Numbered from the whole stretch's first letter, positions 1-12,837 are shown. The stretch: DNA of 56,414 nt, filler included, from Trichosphaerium sp. ATCC 40318 (GCA_038496445.1; 2 parts of 2 records of this genome joined end to end with filler, not necessarily neighbours in it); one strand, 5' to 3'. The notes: generated from the letters alone by a model not told the origin. Numbers and translations: made by a program.

Positions 1-3000
1 ACCACCAAAGCCATTTTCAAGTGTTCAGTATATTTCTTATTGCGACATAACTAAATCGCCTCAATTTCCATATGATTCCCATGAAGCTAACTCAGCTCCA
101 GTAGAACAACAATCAAAGAAGGAAGAAATAGTAGTTGATGAGAAAGATCAAGAGGCTTCGCAAGGTACTCAAATCCGCGAACCGCTTTCGAATGTCCAAC
201 ACGTGGCGTACTATGCCGCTATCAAATCACCACGGTTTCCAACAGAAACTCACGAACTTCAAGCGCCAATACAACCTGCAGAAAAACAAGAAGTTGTTCA
301 AGAGCCACCACAACCTACTGAAAAGTCTGAAGAGCCTTCACAAGGTACTCAAGAGATTCAAGTGCCTCCATCAAGCGTTCAACACGTGGTGTACTTCAAC
401 GCAGTCAAATCGCCAAAGTTCCCATCTGAAAGTCATGAACCTAAACCGAGTCCAGTAGAAACCGACGTTGCGATTGTTGCCAAAGAAGCTACGCCTGTGG
501 AAGCAACGAAACCTGTTGAAAAAGTTTCAGAACCTATTGTTCAAGGTACTCAAGAAATTCAAGAACCTCCTTCAAGTGTTCAACATGTGGTGTACTTCAA
601 CGCAGTCAAATCACCAAAGTTTCCATCTGAAAGTCATGAACCTAAATCAACTCCATTAGAACCAGAGAAAGAAGAAACTGTAGTACCAGTGGAAAAATCT
701 CAAGAACCTGTTCAAGGTACTCAAATAGGTGAACCTATCTCGAACGTCCAGCACGTGGCTTACTTCAATGCTACCAAATCTCCAAAGTTCCCAACCGAAA
801 CTCACGAACCTCCAGCGCCAGTAGAATCTGCTGAACCTCAGGTTATTCCTGTAGAACCAGTCGTTGAAGATGTTGTATTGAAAGAAGCTCAACCTGTTGA
901 GAAGGCATCCGAAGAATCTGTTCAAGGTACCCCTCAAGTTCAAGCGCTGCCACCTTCAACAGTTCAACACGTTCTATTCTACAACGCAACAAAATCTCCA
1001 AAGTTCCCAGTTGAGAGCCATGAAGAACCTAAATCTGTTGCAATAGAACCTCAACCTCAACAACAAGAAGAAGTCAAAGAACCACTTGCGCCAGTTGTAT
1101 CTCAAGAACAACCTGAAAAAGGTACCAACGAAGTTCAACCAACAACAAAACCAGTTCCACCCTCAAGTGTTCAACACATCTTATTCTACAACGCAACCAA
1201 ATCTCCAAAGTTCTTTGATGAAACGCACGAACCTAAACCAGTACCTGTAGCACAACAAGAAACAGCTGTTGCCGAACCCGTTGCAGATAAACAAGAAGCC
1301 ACTGAACCATCGGTTACAGAAGAACCAATCAAAGAAGCAGAAGGTACCAGCAATCTTGACCAACCTCCATCTACGGTTCAACACGTGGCATACTTCAACG
1401 CCATCAAATCACCAAAATTCCCAACAGAATCGCATGAACCTAAACCGACTCCAGTAGAAACAACTGTTGAAGCTACAAAGCCTAGTGAAGAAGTTGAAGA
1501 ACCTATTGTTCAAGGTACTCAAGAAATTCAAGAACCACCTTCAACAGTTCAGCACGTGTCATACTACAACGCTATCAAATCGCCAAAGTTCCCATTAGAA
1601 TTACATGAATCTAAAACAATTGCATTAGAAACCAAGGCTGTTGAAGAAGCGACACCAATTGAAGAGCCAAAACCTGTTGAAAAACCAACTGAAGCACAAG
1701 TTGAAGAACCCCAAGAACCAGTTGTTCCAGGTACTCAAGAGATTCAAGAACCTCCTTCAAGCGTGCAACATGTAGCGTATTTTAACGCTGTCAAATCGCC
1801 GAAGTTCCCAACTGAAACTCACGAATTTAAAGCACCAGCAGAACAATCAACTAAGGACGAAGTCGTTGAAGCACCTCAACCTGTTGAAAAAACTACAGAA
1901 ACTACACAAGGTACCCAAGAAGTTCAAGAAACTCCTTCAAGTGTTCAACATGTGGCGTACTATGACGCTATCAAATCACCTAAGTTCCCAGTTGAAAGTC
2001 ATGAACCTAAAACAACTACAGTAGAAACTGAGGCTGTTAAAGAAGCAACACCAATCGAAGAGCCAAAACCTGTTGAGAAAGCTGAAGAACCTGTTGTTCA
2101 AGGTACCCAAGAAATTCAAGAACTTCCTTCAAGTGTTCAACACGTGGCGTACTTCAACGCTGTCAAATCACCACAGTTTCCATCTGAAAGTCATGAACCT
2201 AAAGAAAATGCATTAGAACTGGATGTCATTGTTGAACTTGATACAATCGATCATCACGAATTACATGAAGCTATACCTGCACCTTTTGTTGCTGAAACGG
2301 ATGCTGTTGTCGAATTCATACCAGAACATATAGATGAAGAAGATGATAAACCGTACGGAAGCATACAGTTCGGTACATCGTTTCTAACTTGTTTTCTCTT
2401 GCAGTGTTGAGCAAACTGTAGCTCCATCAAAGGAAGTAGAATTAGTCGTAGTTGAGAAAACTGACGCTACTGTTTCTGATAAGGTGGACGAGCCTGAACC
2501 TGAGGAAGTGCCAGAACCCGTTAAAGAACCAGAAGCAGAGCCAGTCGAAGAACCTGAACAAGTTCCAGCTACAGATTCAACAGTTTCTACTGAGGATCCG
2601 AAACCAGCGAAAACAGAGCCCGTTGCTACTGAACCTCTTGAAACACCATCCGAGCCAGTTAAAGCTGTTACACAAGAAGTGTCAGACGAACCAGAAATCA
2701 CAGAACCTGTCTCTGAACCTGAACCTCAACCAAAGGAACCAACAGCAGAAGAGCCATCAGTGGAAGCAGTTGTCGATGAAAAAGATGTTACTGAAACAAC
2801 AAAGGAACCTGCTCTTGTTGAGGCTAATACTGAACCAACCGTTGAAGCCCAAGCTCCAGAAAAACCTACAGAACCTACTCCACAACCTGAAGAGGTTAAG
2901 CCTGACCCAGAGGAAGCAAAACCTGCAACTGAAGATGTGACACCTGTTGTTGAGGCAACACCAGAGCCAGCCCCAGTTATGGTAGCTAAAGATGAGAACC

Positions 3001-6000
3001 CTGCGCCTGTTGTTGAGGCAAAACCAGAGCCTGCTCCAGTTACAGAAGTTAAGCCAGAACCTAAACCAGAGCCAGCTCCAGTTGAGGAAGCTAAAGAAGA
3101 GCCTAAACCTGCTCCTGTTGAAACAAAACCAGAGCCAGCTCCAGCACCAAAGAAGAAGTTGACTTTTGGACAACGTATGGCTTTGAAAAAGAAACAACAA
3201 GAGGAAGCTGCAGCCGCTGAAAGAAGGTATGAATAATCTTCACGTGCTACTTTTGAAGTTTTTTAATTTATATTTTAGAGCTGCAGAAGAAGCCAAGAGA
3301 AAGAAAGCTGAAGCTGCAGCTGAGCGTAAAAGAAGGTATTGCTGATTTTATTATTTTGACAAGGTGAAATTACTAATTGTACTAGATGGGCTCAAAAACA
3401 AAAAGAAGAAGAAGAACGTATTAAACGTGAAGCTGCTGAGAAAGAGCGTAAAGCTCAAGAAGAGCGTGATCGTGTTGCTGCTGAACTTAAACGCCAAGAA
3501 GAAGAGATAGAGCGTCTTCGACTTGAGCAAGAAGAGCGTGAGCGACAAGAGTTTGAAGCTGTTCGTCAACGAGAAATTGAAGAAGCTCGTCAAGCCGAAA
3601 TTCGTGCTCAAGAAGAACGTGAACGTGAACTTGCAGCTATTTCAAATGCGGTTCAATCTACATCCCCACAACCTGTTGAAGAAACTCAATCCATCGAAGC
3701 AACAGAATCACCTGAACCACAAGAGACTGAGGCAGCTAAACCTGTTGAAGCCACTTCTGAGCCAGAACTTGTTGTAGCAGAGCCTACTCCACAACCTGTT
3801 GAGGAGACTAAGCCTGAGCCAGTAGAGACGAAACCCGAACCTACACCTGAACCTGTTGTTGAGGTAGCATCAGAGCCAGCTCCAGTTGTGGTAGCTAAAG
3901 AAGAGCCTAAACCTGAACCAACACCTGCTCCTGTTGAAACAAAACCTGCTCCTGTTGAAACAAAACCAGAGCCAGCTCCAGCACCAAAGAAGAAATTGAC
4001 TTTCGGTCAACGTATGGCTTTGAAAAAGAAGCAACAAGAGGAAGCTGCAGCTGCTGAGAGAAGGTACGATACTCTTAAATACTTTCCTTTTGTTCTAATT
4101 TTACTTTAGAGCTGAAGAAGAGAAAAAGCGATTGAGGCAACAAAAGGCCGAAGAACGTCGACGAAGGTGGGCTCAAAAACAAAAAGAGGAAGAAGAACGT
4201 ATCAAACGTGAAGCTGCTGAGAAAGAGCGTAAGGCTCAAGAAGAGCGTGATCGTGTTGCTGCTGAACTTAAACGCCAAGAAGAAGAGACTGAACGTCTTA
4301 GACTTGAGCAAGAAGAGCGTGAGCGACAAGAGTTCGAAGCTGTTCGCCAACGAGAAATCGAAGAAGCCCGTCAAGCCGAGATTCGTGCTCAAGAAGAACG
4401 TGAACGCGAACTTGCAGCTATTTCAAATGCGGTTCAATCTACCACTGCTGGGGAAGTCACGGAACCAGTATCTGAGCCTGCTGAAGAACCTGTTCAAGCA
4501 GTAGAACCTACTCCAACCCCTGTTGATGATAAACCTGAACTTGCAGAGGTTGTTGAAGCTACACCTGAACCAAAACCAGAACCAGTAGTAGAAGCGAAAC
4601 CTGAACCTGTTGTCGAAACAAAACCAGAGCCAGCACCAGTTGCAGAAGTTAAGCCAGAACCTAAACCAGAGCCAGCACCGGCACCAAAGAAGAAGTTGAC
4701 TTTCGGACAACGTATGGCTTTGAAAAAGAAGCAACAAGAGGAAGCTGCAGCCGCTGAGAGAAGGTATGATTGAGCGATAATTTGTTTCTCATAAGTTTCT
4801 TAATTTTGTTGTAGAGCTGAAGAAGAGAAGAAACGTTTGAAGCAACAACAAGCAGAAGAACGTCGGAAACGGTACAGAAAATATATACTGATAATGTTTT
4901 GACATAGTATTTAGATGGGCTGCAAAGAAGAAAGAACAAGAAGAAAAGATCAAACGTGAAGCTGCTGAGAAAGAGCGTAAAGCTCAAGAAGAGCGTGATC
5001 GTATCGCTGCTGAACTTAAACGCCAAGAAGAAGAGACTGAACGTCTTCGACTTGAGCAAGAAGAGCGTGAGCGACAAGCGTTCGAAGCAGTTCGTCAAAA
5101 AGAGATTGAAGAAGCTCGTCAAGCTGAGATTCGTGCTCAAGAAGAACGTGAACGTGAACTTGCAGCTATCTCTGATGCTGTTCAATCGACTACTGCGCCA
5201 CCAGCCGAAGAATCCGCACCTGTTGTTGAAGCCACTAAAGAACCAGAACCAGAGCCAGTGGCAACACCTGAGCCAACACCAGAGCCTGTTGTTGAAGCCA
5301 AACCAGAGCCAGAACCAGAACCTGCTCCAAAGAAGAAGTTGACTTTTGGTCAACGTATGGCTTTGAAAAAGAAGCAACAAGAGGAAGCTGCAGCCGCTGA
5401 AAGAAGGTACACAAATTCCCTACTGACATCAGTGATTTATTAATTGTTTTCTTAGAGCAGCTGAAGAAGCCAAGAGAAAGAAAGCTGAAGCTGCAGCTGA
5501 GCGTAAAAGAAGGTATGTAGATTTTATTGAAAACGAAAAGTAAAAAAGATTAACTTTTTAATAATTAGATGGGCTGCAAAGAAGAAAGAACAAGAAGAAA
5601 AGATCAAACGTGAAGCTGCTGAGAAAGAGCGTAAGGCTCAAGAAGAGCGCGATCGTATCGCTGCTGAACTTAAACGCCAAGAAGAAGAGACTGAACGTCT
5701 TCGACTTGAGCAAGAAGAGCGTGAGCGACAAGCGTTCGAAGCAGTTCGTCAAAAAGAGATTGAAGAAGCTCGTCAAGCTGAGATTCGTGCTCAAGAAGAA
5801 CGTGAACGTGAACTTGCTGCCATCTCTGACGCTGTTCAATCTACCACTGCTGGCGAAGTGGAGCCAACACCAGAACCAGAGCCTGTGCAAGCTCCTCAGG
5901 AACCAGAACCAGAACCAACACCAGCACCTGTTGTTGAAGCAACGCCAGAACCAGAACCTGCACCAGCTCCAAAGAAGAAGTTGACTTTCGGTCAACGTAT

Positions 6001-8346
6001 GGCTTTGAAAAAGAAACAACAAGAGGAAGCTGCAGCCGCTGAGAGAAGGTATGATACTCTTCACGTGCCGATGCAAATATTAAACAATTACATAGAGCAG
6101 AGGAAGAGAAGAAACGTTTGAAGCAACAACAAGCAGAAGAGCGTAAAAAACGGTAAGATTAATCTGTGATGCTAATAGTTGTTTTACTTACGGACTGTTT
6201 AGATGGGCTGCGAAGAAAAAGGCAGATGAAGAAAAGCTCAAACGTGACCTTGCTGAAAAACGTGAACGTGAGCGTCTTGCTAAGCTTGCGCTTGAAAAAG
6301 AGCTTGAGGAACAACGTCTTGCTGAAGAACGCGAACGTAAAGCCCAGGAAGAGAGAGAACGTGCTCAGTTTGAAGCCTTGAGAGAACGAGAACGTCGTGA
6401 GCTTCAAGAGGCTTATGAAAGAGAGCAAGAAGAAAAAGACCGTGAGCTTCAAGCCATCTCTGATACTGTTCAATCAACAACAGTAGTACGCTTGGGATTA
6501 GCTACAGATGATGACCCTGAGCCTACACCTGAACCTGAAAAGGTTGTTGAAGCGAAACCTGTTGTTAAGGAAGTTGCAAAACCTGCTCCTCTTCGTATTG
6601 ATGTAGCACCAAAAGAAGAGCCTAAACCAGTTGAAGCTGCTCCGGCACCTAAGAAGAAGTTGACTTTTGGACAACGTATGGCTTTGAAAAAGAAGCAACA
6701 AGAGGAAGCTGCAGCTGCTGAGAGAAGGTATGATTGAGCGATAATTTGTTTCTCATAAGTTTCTTAATTTTGTTGTAGAGCTGAAGAAGAGAAGAAACGT
6801 TTGAAGCAACAACAAGCAGAAGAACGTCGGAAACGGTATGTCTTACTGACTATATACATAGAATTTATTGACACGCTGGTTTAGATGGGCTGCGAAGAAA
6901 AAGGCTGATGAAGAAAAGCTTAAACGTGACCTTGCTGAAAAACGTGAACGTGAGCGTCTTGCTAAGCTTGCACGTGAAAAAGAACTCGAGGACCAACGTC
7001 TTGCTGAAGAAAAAGCACGTAAGGAACTTGAAGAACGTGAACGTCAAGAGTTCATGGCACTACGAGAACGTGAAAGAAAGGAACGAGAAGGCGCCTATGC
7101 AAGAGAGCAAGCACAGAAACAAAAAGAACTGGATGCAATTTCAGAAAAAACACAGAATGCTCAAGCCACAATACGTACCGAGTACGAAAGAGAGCAAGAT
7201 GAGATCAAGGAACAAGAAAGACTACGAAAGGAGAGATTACGTGCTCAACGTGTACGTCACTCTGAATCGATTTCTTCAAAGAAAAGACAAGAAACTTGTT
7301 CCCTTGCTTATTTTTTTTGTAGGAGAAAGAACGCAGAGAACGTGATGAGTGGCAAGAAAAGGAACAGCTCAGGATGCAGAGAGAACGTGAATCAGAGCTT
7401 CTTGCTGCTGATAGCGATAGTGAGACACTTTCAGAGCGTTCAGAGCTTTCAAAGAGTTCTGAAGTAGATTCTGAAACAGAAAGAGAAATGGATGCTTCTA
7501 TTGCACAAGTACGATTTCTTTTCTTAGTTGTTGAACCTTATTTGTTCCATTAGGCTCTTTCTGGTGCTACTAAATTTTTCGCTGCGCTTGATTCAGCTGA
7601 TGGTGGAAGCAGCGGACCACCACAACCAACTAGACGCAGTAAGTTTTTTTTTTTGTTTTTGATGAAACGATGTGTTTGTTTGGTAATCTCACATTGTACT
7701 AGGAGGTGTTGCAGCTAAAAAGATTATTGGTACAAAGACAAGAGGTCGAAGAGGATCTAGAATTGACGAGGCACCATTACTCAGAGATCATGCTTACTTA
7801 CTTAGAAGGTACCTTAAAAACAACTTTTTGAAAAGACAGAAACTATTCAGCAACAAAAACACCTCAAACTTACTTTCTTTAGATCTCAACGCGCTGGACA
7901 CCAAAGAGGAGCCAGAGCGTTACCTACAAAGTCTGTTTCAGGTAATACTTTTATAGATAATTGTGTACAAGCCATAATACTTATTTGTTAAATAGAATTT
8001 CACAACCTTGTGTCAGATGACCGTGCTGGCCCAAAAAAGAAGCTTAATTTACCACCAGGCGGATCATTTGGTTCCAGACTACGTGCCGCACGCGGATCAC
8101 GTGGTGGCGGTGGCGGTGGAGGAATGGGTATGAACCCATTCGGAGGATTCAATCCGGCCGCAGTTAAACTTCGAAGTGCAAATAAAGAAAAGAAAGAGGA
8201 CGAAGCCAAGACCTCTGGAGACTTCAGGCACGTGATTTTTTTGATTTTTTATTATAATTTTGATTGATGACGTGTTTTACATATAATTAATATATTTATT
8301 TAGAGAACTATTACGAAGGACAGGATCTACTATCACAAAGAAGTAG
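1..8346 (+). CDS. Giant multi-exon Glu/Pro/Lys-rich repeat protein (5'-partial), probably cytoskeleton-associated
   Basis: Frame open from nt 2. It carries 12 copies of SSVQHVxYFNAxKSPKFPxESHEP, then intron 2353-2404 into a PE-rich linker. Six units of PAPKKKLTFGQRMALKKKQQEEAAAAERR plus an ER/K helix follow, split by short GT-AG introns. The C-terminus reads GGFNPAAVKLRSA...SGDFR|ELLRRTGSTITKK*, TAG at 8344-8346. Confidence 0.8.
3140..7100 (+). repeat. Six tandem exon-intron units (about 630-840 bp) inside the giant gene
   Basis: Near-identical ccaaagaagaagttgactttYggWcaacgtatggctttgaaaaagaaRcaacaagaggaagctgcagc recurs near 3147, 3984, 4684, 5327, 5969 and 6648. Confidence 0.95.
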
Positions 8347-8767
8347 ATGACATACTTCTGGATTTTTTCGAGAACAAAAAAAAAAACCAACCCCAAAATT
8401 TTTTTGTTACCCTTGTACAGCTCGTGTTTGTGAATTATTTAAACTAAAATTTTTATCAACGACCATGAGTATGTTTCCTCTACCTACTATGAAAAGCTTA
8501 TAAAACTCGATACTACTTAAACACTAGTAGCAAACCAAAAAATATGAAGGATTTCAAAAAGATTTACTTGGTTTGGACTTGGCTCTTCACTTAGTATGTC
8601 ATTTGAGTATTGACAATAATCTAGTATTACTACTATTGCAAGTATGTAAAGTAAAAAAATGTATCGTTGTGGTATTTTTCGAGTTAAACATAGCACAACA
8701 CAACGCATTTGAAAAAAACTCACAATCATTTTTTATTTATTGTGGCTTTCAAGGTTTTGCAGTGCTT

Positions 8768-9819
8768 TTATAGATTACCAAAGCGTCCTGTATATTTAAT
8801 ACCCAGTTCTTCAACAGCTTCCTTTGTTATATCTGTGCAATGTTCTATACGTAGCTTTTTAAGAGATGTGAGATACTTAAGACAATCATTTGAAATTTTT
8901 GGAGGAGTGTAAACTTCGACAGTAATAAACTTTGTATCTATCTCTCCATCACAATGATCTAGCCGTAAGTACTTTAAACAACCTAGAGCCTTTATCCCTT
9001 CATCAGATATTTGAGTGCAATAGAACAACCTCAGATCTGGTAATCCAGTTTCTGCTAAAGCAACAAGATGATCATCTTTGATATTGTTACCTCCCAAGAT
9101 AACTATTTGTACTCCTTCCAGATGCTTTAATCCGGATGGAGTTATGTTGTTACAATAAGATAAATCAATTGTATGTACATTACATTTGAGTAAGCTCAAA
9201 GAAACATCTGTTATATGAGTTCTTGAAAGATAAATGTTATGTACCTTTCTCTTTCCATTATCAGTCAACATTTGTATTCCCTTATCTGTTATACTTGTAC
9301 TTCCCAACTCTATTGTATGTACTCCAACAAGAGAAGACATAACATCATCCACGGCAAAGTTACATTTATTTGGGTATATAGTATGAATACCTGAAAAAAA
9401 TTGTATTGATTCTTTGGGCATATTTGTCATTGATAAATGCTTCACTCCTGATATTGACTTGTACCCATTTATTGTTAAATTTGGTAATGCTTCAAGAGTG
9501 TAAAGCGATTGTACACCAGCTATACATGCTATATCTTCATCAGAAGTACCACTGTAGGAAATAATGATGGCCGTGTTTTTTAATAATGGACTTCCCTTTA
9601 AAACAAGAAAATCAGAAGATTCTCGTAGTTCTAGCATTCCGAATCCAATATTTACGCGAATTACATTGTTAAAAGAGCGAGATACGGTATTGATTACCTT
9701 TAACAGTTTTCGGAAGTTTACCTATGAGGTCCAGAGCAACAACATCAAAGGGCGCTGACGCTTCGATCTTTGGGGAGGTTTTCTACATTACATGACCGCT
9801 TTTTCTCTTCGTTATCCAT
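8768..9819 (-). pseudogene. F-box/leucine-rich-repeat protein; LRR ORF 8768-9637 intact, F-box-like N-terminus disrupted
   Basis: Intronless ORF with LRRs (GVHTIELGSTSITDKGI, VHTIDLSYCNNITPSGLKHL, LRLFYCTQISDEGIKAL). Upstream MDNEEKKRSCNVENLPKD (ATG 9819) and TVSRSFNNVIR resemble the two ends of an F-box but are in different frames. Confidence 0.65.
9687..9773 (-). mobile_element. Short retroviral-type (Gypsy/Ginger-like) integrase fragment
   Basis: Translates as PKIEASAPFDVVALDLIGKLPKTVKGNQY, matching the PFxxVxxDxxGPLPxxxxGNxY motif around the first catalytic Asp of rve integrases. Confidence 0.55.
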
Positions 9820-10328
9820 TAAGAGTGGGAATTATGTTTAACGATGCTGAGTAGTGTATTTAAGTACTAAAGGGATAAAAAGAGAGTCTACAGCCCAAAT
9901 GAATGATGAATAAGTGAGCGCACAGAAGTCAACGTAAGTACACCGCGAAGAAGTTGTTTGCTTGGTGCAACCATTTCACCATACAAGTACACGTGATATT
10001 TTGACTTAAGCTGTGAAAGCGCTACAAAGAGTAATTGTCGTAAAAACTGTAACTGAGATGTTAATGAGCGTGTTGATTTGAAGAGAATTTTCTGAGAAAA
10101 CAGTATATTGTTGATGTTCCAAACAGAGTCAATATACAGAGCATTTTGTAGTTGTGCTCTCCAGAAGGCTTGAGATCGTTAAAGGATAGAGCATTAGAAA
10201 AATTCTTGTTTTAGGCCCTTAGAGCACATAATGATAGACAGATGACACGTGATGCTGAGCCACATTTCTTTTGGGATAATTGTATAGTAGTCTCCAAAAA
10301 AGGTTTTTTGACGCTTTGCTTTTTGTTT

Positions 10329-12435
10329 TGCTTCCCATCTAGTGGCCAATCAGTATTCGCATCAAATGACTTAAAGTGATCATGGATGGAATCTTAGTGG
10401 AAGCTAGCATAGTGTCTGATTGTTTGAGGTATCAAATCAAGAGGTTGATGTAATTATTGTCATTAATCACCTTTTTATTATGTTTCAGAGAACAATGGCT
10501 TAAGTTAACAAATAAAACTCTGAAAGCCAAGGTCAAGGCAGATTTGAAGCATGTGTTTGTCTTTGACAAAAATATTAAAATGGGAGGCACAAAGAGCTCC
10601 TTAGTGTGGGCGATGCTCTGGAGGGAGTATTGTAGCATGTTTTTCAACAAGAATTCAAATTTTTTTTTGTTCTTGTTGGCTTTACTAATTCTCACATTGT
10701 AGAAAAGCAAAAGCAGGGCGAAATTATAGTCAAAGACTCAGAAAATAGCAGTGATGAGAGTAGAGATGCTGTAGACCGAATCTGATAATAAAGTGTGCTT
10801 GCACAGTGGCAACAAGCTGTCTTCTTTTAAGAAAGTGAACAGTACAAATTGAACACTTCTTTTTAAGCTTAGCTTATACTAGCTAAAAGGAGGCAAGCAA
10901 GTGTCAGGTATTGCAAGTCATTTTGCTTGAAAGTCTTGATCATCTTCAAACCATGCCCTTAACCCTTCATAATCACAATTGCTTGCTAGAGCATACAGCT
11001 TTTTATAGTGCACTCTATTTTCATCGCAGAGTACAACTTTCCAAATTGTTAGATAGGCCTTGTACTTTGTTGAGTTAAAGCACTTGGACTTCCATACAAC
11101 TTCATTATACGCTTTCAGGATGTGTTGGTATTGCTGCCACTCATTTATAGCAATGTATATGCACACTAGAGAATGCAAATCATATTCAGGTCGAAACTGA
11201 AATGCTACACATTTTGCTACATTTTCAATTACCTCATGAGCAGCAAACATTGTTGTACCAGCAAACAAGATGATTGCATCAACAGGAACAGCAGTAGCAA
11301 AATCAATTAGATAAGGCTCGTCATCATAAACAATGATATTGCTGATGCTCACATCCCTACAGAAGTGAGAATTAGTACAAAAGAAACTTGGTTCTATTTT
11401 TTTTTGAAGAATGTTACCTGTGACAGTATCCTGCCATATGTATTTTCTCAAGAACATCTACTAAAGGTGCAAGGTCTGGTAATAATGGTAGCATATCCTC
11501 AACAATGAAAACAAGTGTTGTGACAGCGTTCCTTGATGTATTTGAAGCACTTCGACAAAAATTTTATTTGTTTTCAAAAAGTATTTGAAAAGTAGTTGAA
11601 AAGTTTGTTCTTTTTTGTTTTCGCTGGCTCAAGGAAAACTAGTCTTCACGCTATAGAAGTCTCTATTATAGTGATACAATGCTATTTATCGTAATACTAT
11701 CGTGTTCCGTGAAAGTAGGAGGTGATTCCGACTAAAACGCTCTGAGAGGCTGAAAAGCGGTGTTTGGTGATGATTTTTGCGAGGTGACATATTACGTGAA
11801 CCAGACAACTCATATCTTTTTCCTTTTCCCTTTGAAAAACCAATGCTTGTTACTGAGCAACTTTCCGTTGTTACTCGAGGTTACTTAAAACACCAATTAC
11901 GTAGTTTGCTCATCGTCATTGTATAGCCGTCTATTTTCCTGCCAAAAATGTTGACGTTTGTGAAAACTTAAAACGTACTTGGAGGAGACGTATCTTTAAC
12001 AATCTGAGGAAAAAAAGCCCATTCACACAACAAGACGTGTGCTGTCGCGCTGTATTTTCGGTAGTTACATTATGTGCTTTGAAAAATTAGGTCGTTCATC
12101 ATGCACAGTACTTGGTTCAGCCTAGCTAGCAAAAGCTCAAGTAGGAACATAATTGCTAGAGGAAAGATTTTACTTCGAATTGGGTGAACTTTTTGAGTCT
12201 TCTTCTTTGTTCACAAGGAACAAGTGTGCGTTTTCTTTTAACCACGTTTCATAATTCTAGGGTAAAATACTTAGATGAATATTTGAGTTATATTCAGTAA
12301 TGTACCAGAGGTTCAGAGCCTGTTAAATATCTTATGATCTCAGAACCAGTTTAAAGTTATGAAAATTCGCAAACCAAGGCATGCTTATCTCTTCAACAAA
12401 TCGTCTTGGTATTCCCCTAGTACTGCAATTTTCTA
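10329..12435 (+). repeat. Copy 1 (native context) of the triplicated ~2 kb block
   Basis: Near-identical to 24219-26293 (direct) and to 22339-24224 (inverted). Confidence 0.95.
10918..11540 (-). pseudogene. 5'-truncated protein kinase (C-lobe only; FunK1/Crinkler-kinase-like), copy 1
   Basis: Splicing intron 11357-11417 gives VDVLEKIHMAGYCH-R-DVSISNIIVYDDEPYLIDFATA (HRD..N, DF), followed by FAGTTMFAA and YDLHSL. No N-lobe found upstream. Confidence 0.65.
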
Positions 12436-12737
12436 CCCACTCTTCTTTTTCTAATTTAAGAAGATAAAGTTCTTCACCAACTAGTAACATTCGGTTAGTT
12501 CCAACAGACCAAGCAAGTAGGAAAACACAATTTAGTTGACTTGAAGCTAGAAGGAATAGTACAAACATAGCACTTAGTCAGAGTGTTTACCCAAGATAAG
12601 AGGCGATTTTATAACTTATTCTTCGCTGTAGCTGACTATTGTCATTGAGAGCTACAGCAACATTGCCAAGCTTTCCTACCCAAGAAAAGGCATCCCAAAC
12701 TCCACCGAGATCACGTTGAAGACACTTCCAGCTGTAC
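12300..12737 (-). CDS. Uncharacterised multi-exon gene fragment with a SAM-like helical segment
   Basis: Exons YSWKCLQRDLGGVWDAFSWVGKLGNVAVAL... and GEELYLLKLEKEEWVENCSTRGIPRRFVEEI with plausible splice sites. Start and end unresolved. Confidence 0.3.
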
Positions 12738-12837
12738 CTATGTTAGGTGTAAGCAACCCAAAACAACACAAATTTCGTTTCGAACAACAATAAAAGTACG
12801 CTAATCACGTGCACAATGATTTCGTTTCACGTGCTTA

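Noticed and set aside
135-7345. Many alternative-frame and antisense ORFs (Leu/Phe/Lys-rich) over the giant gene
   Set aside because: Shadows of the GAA/CCA/CAA-biased repetitive coding strand.
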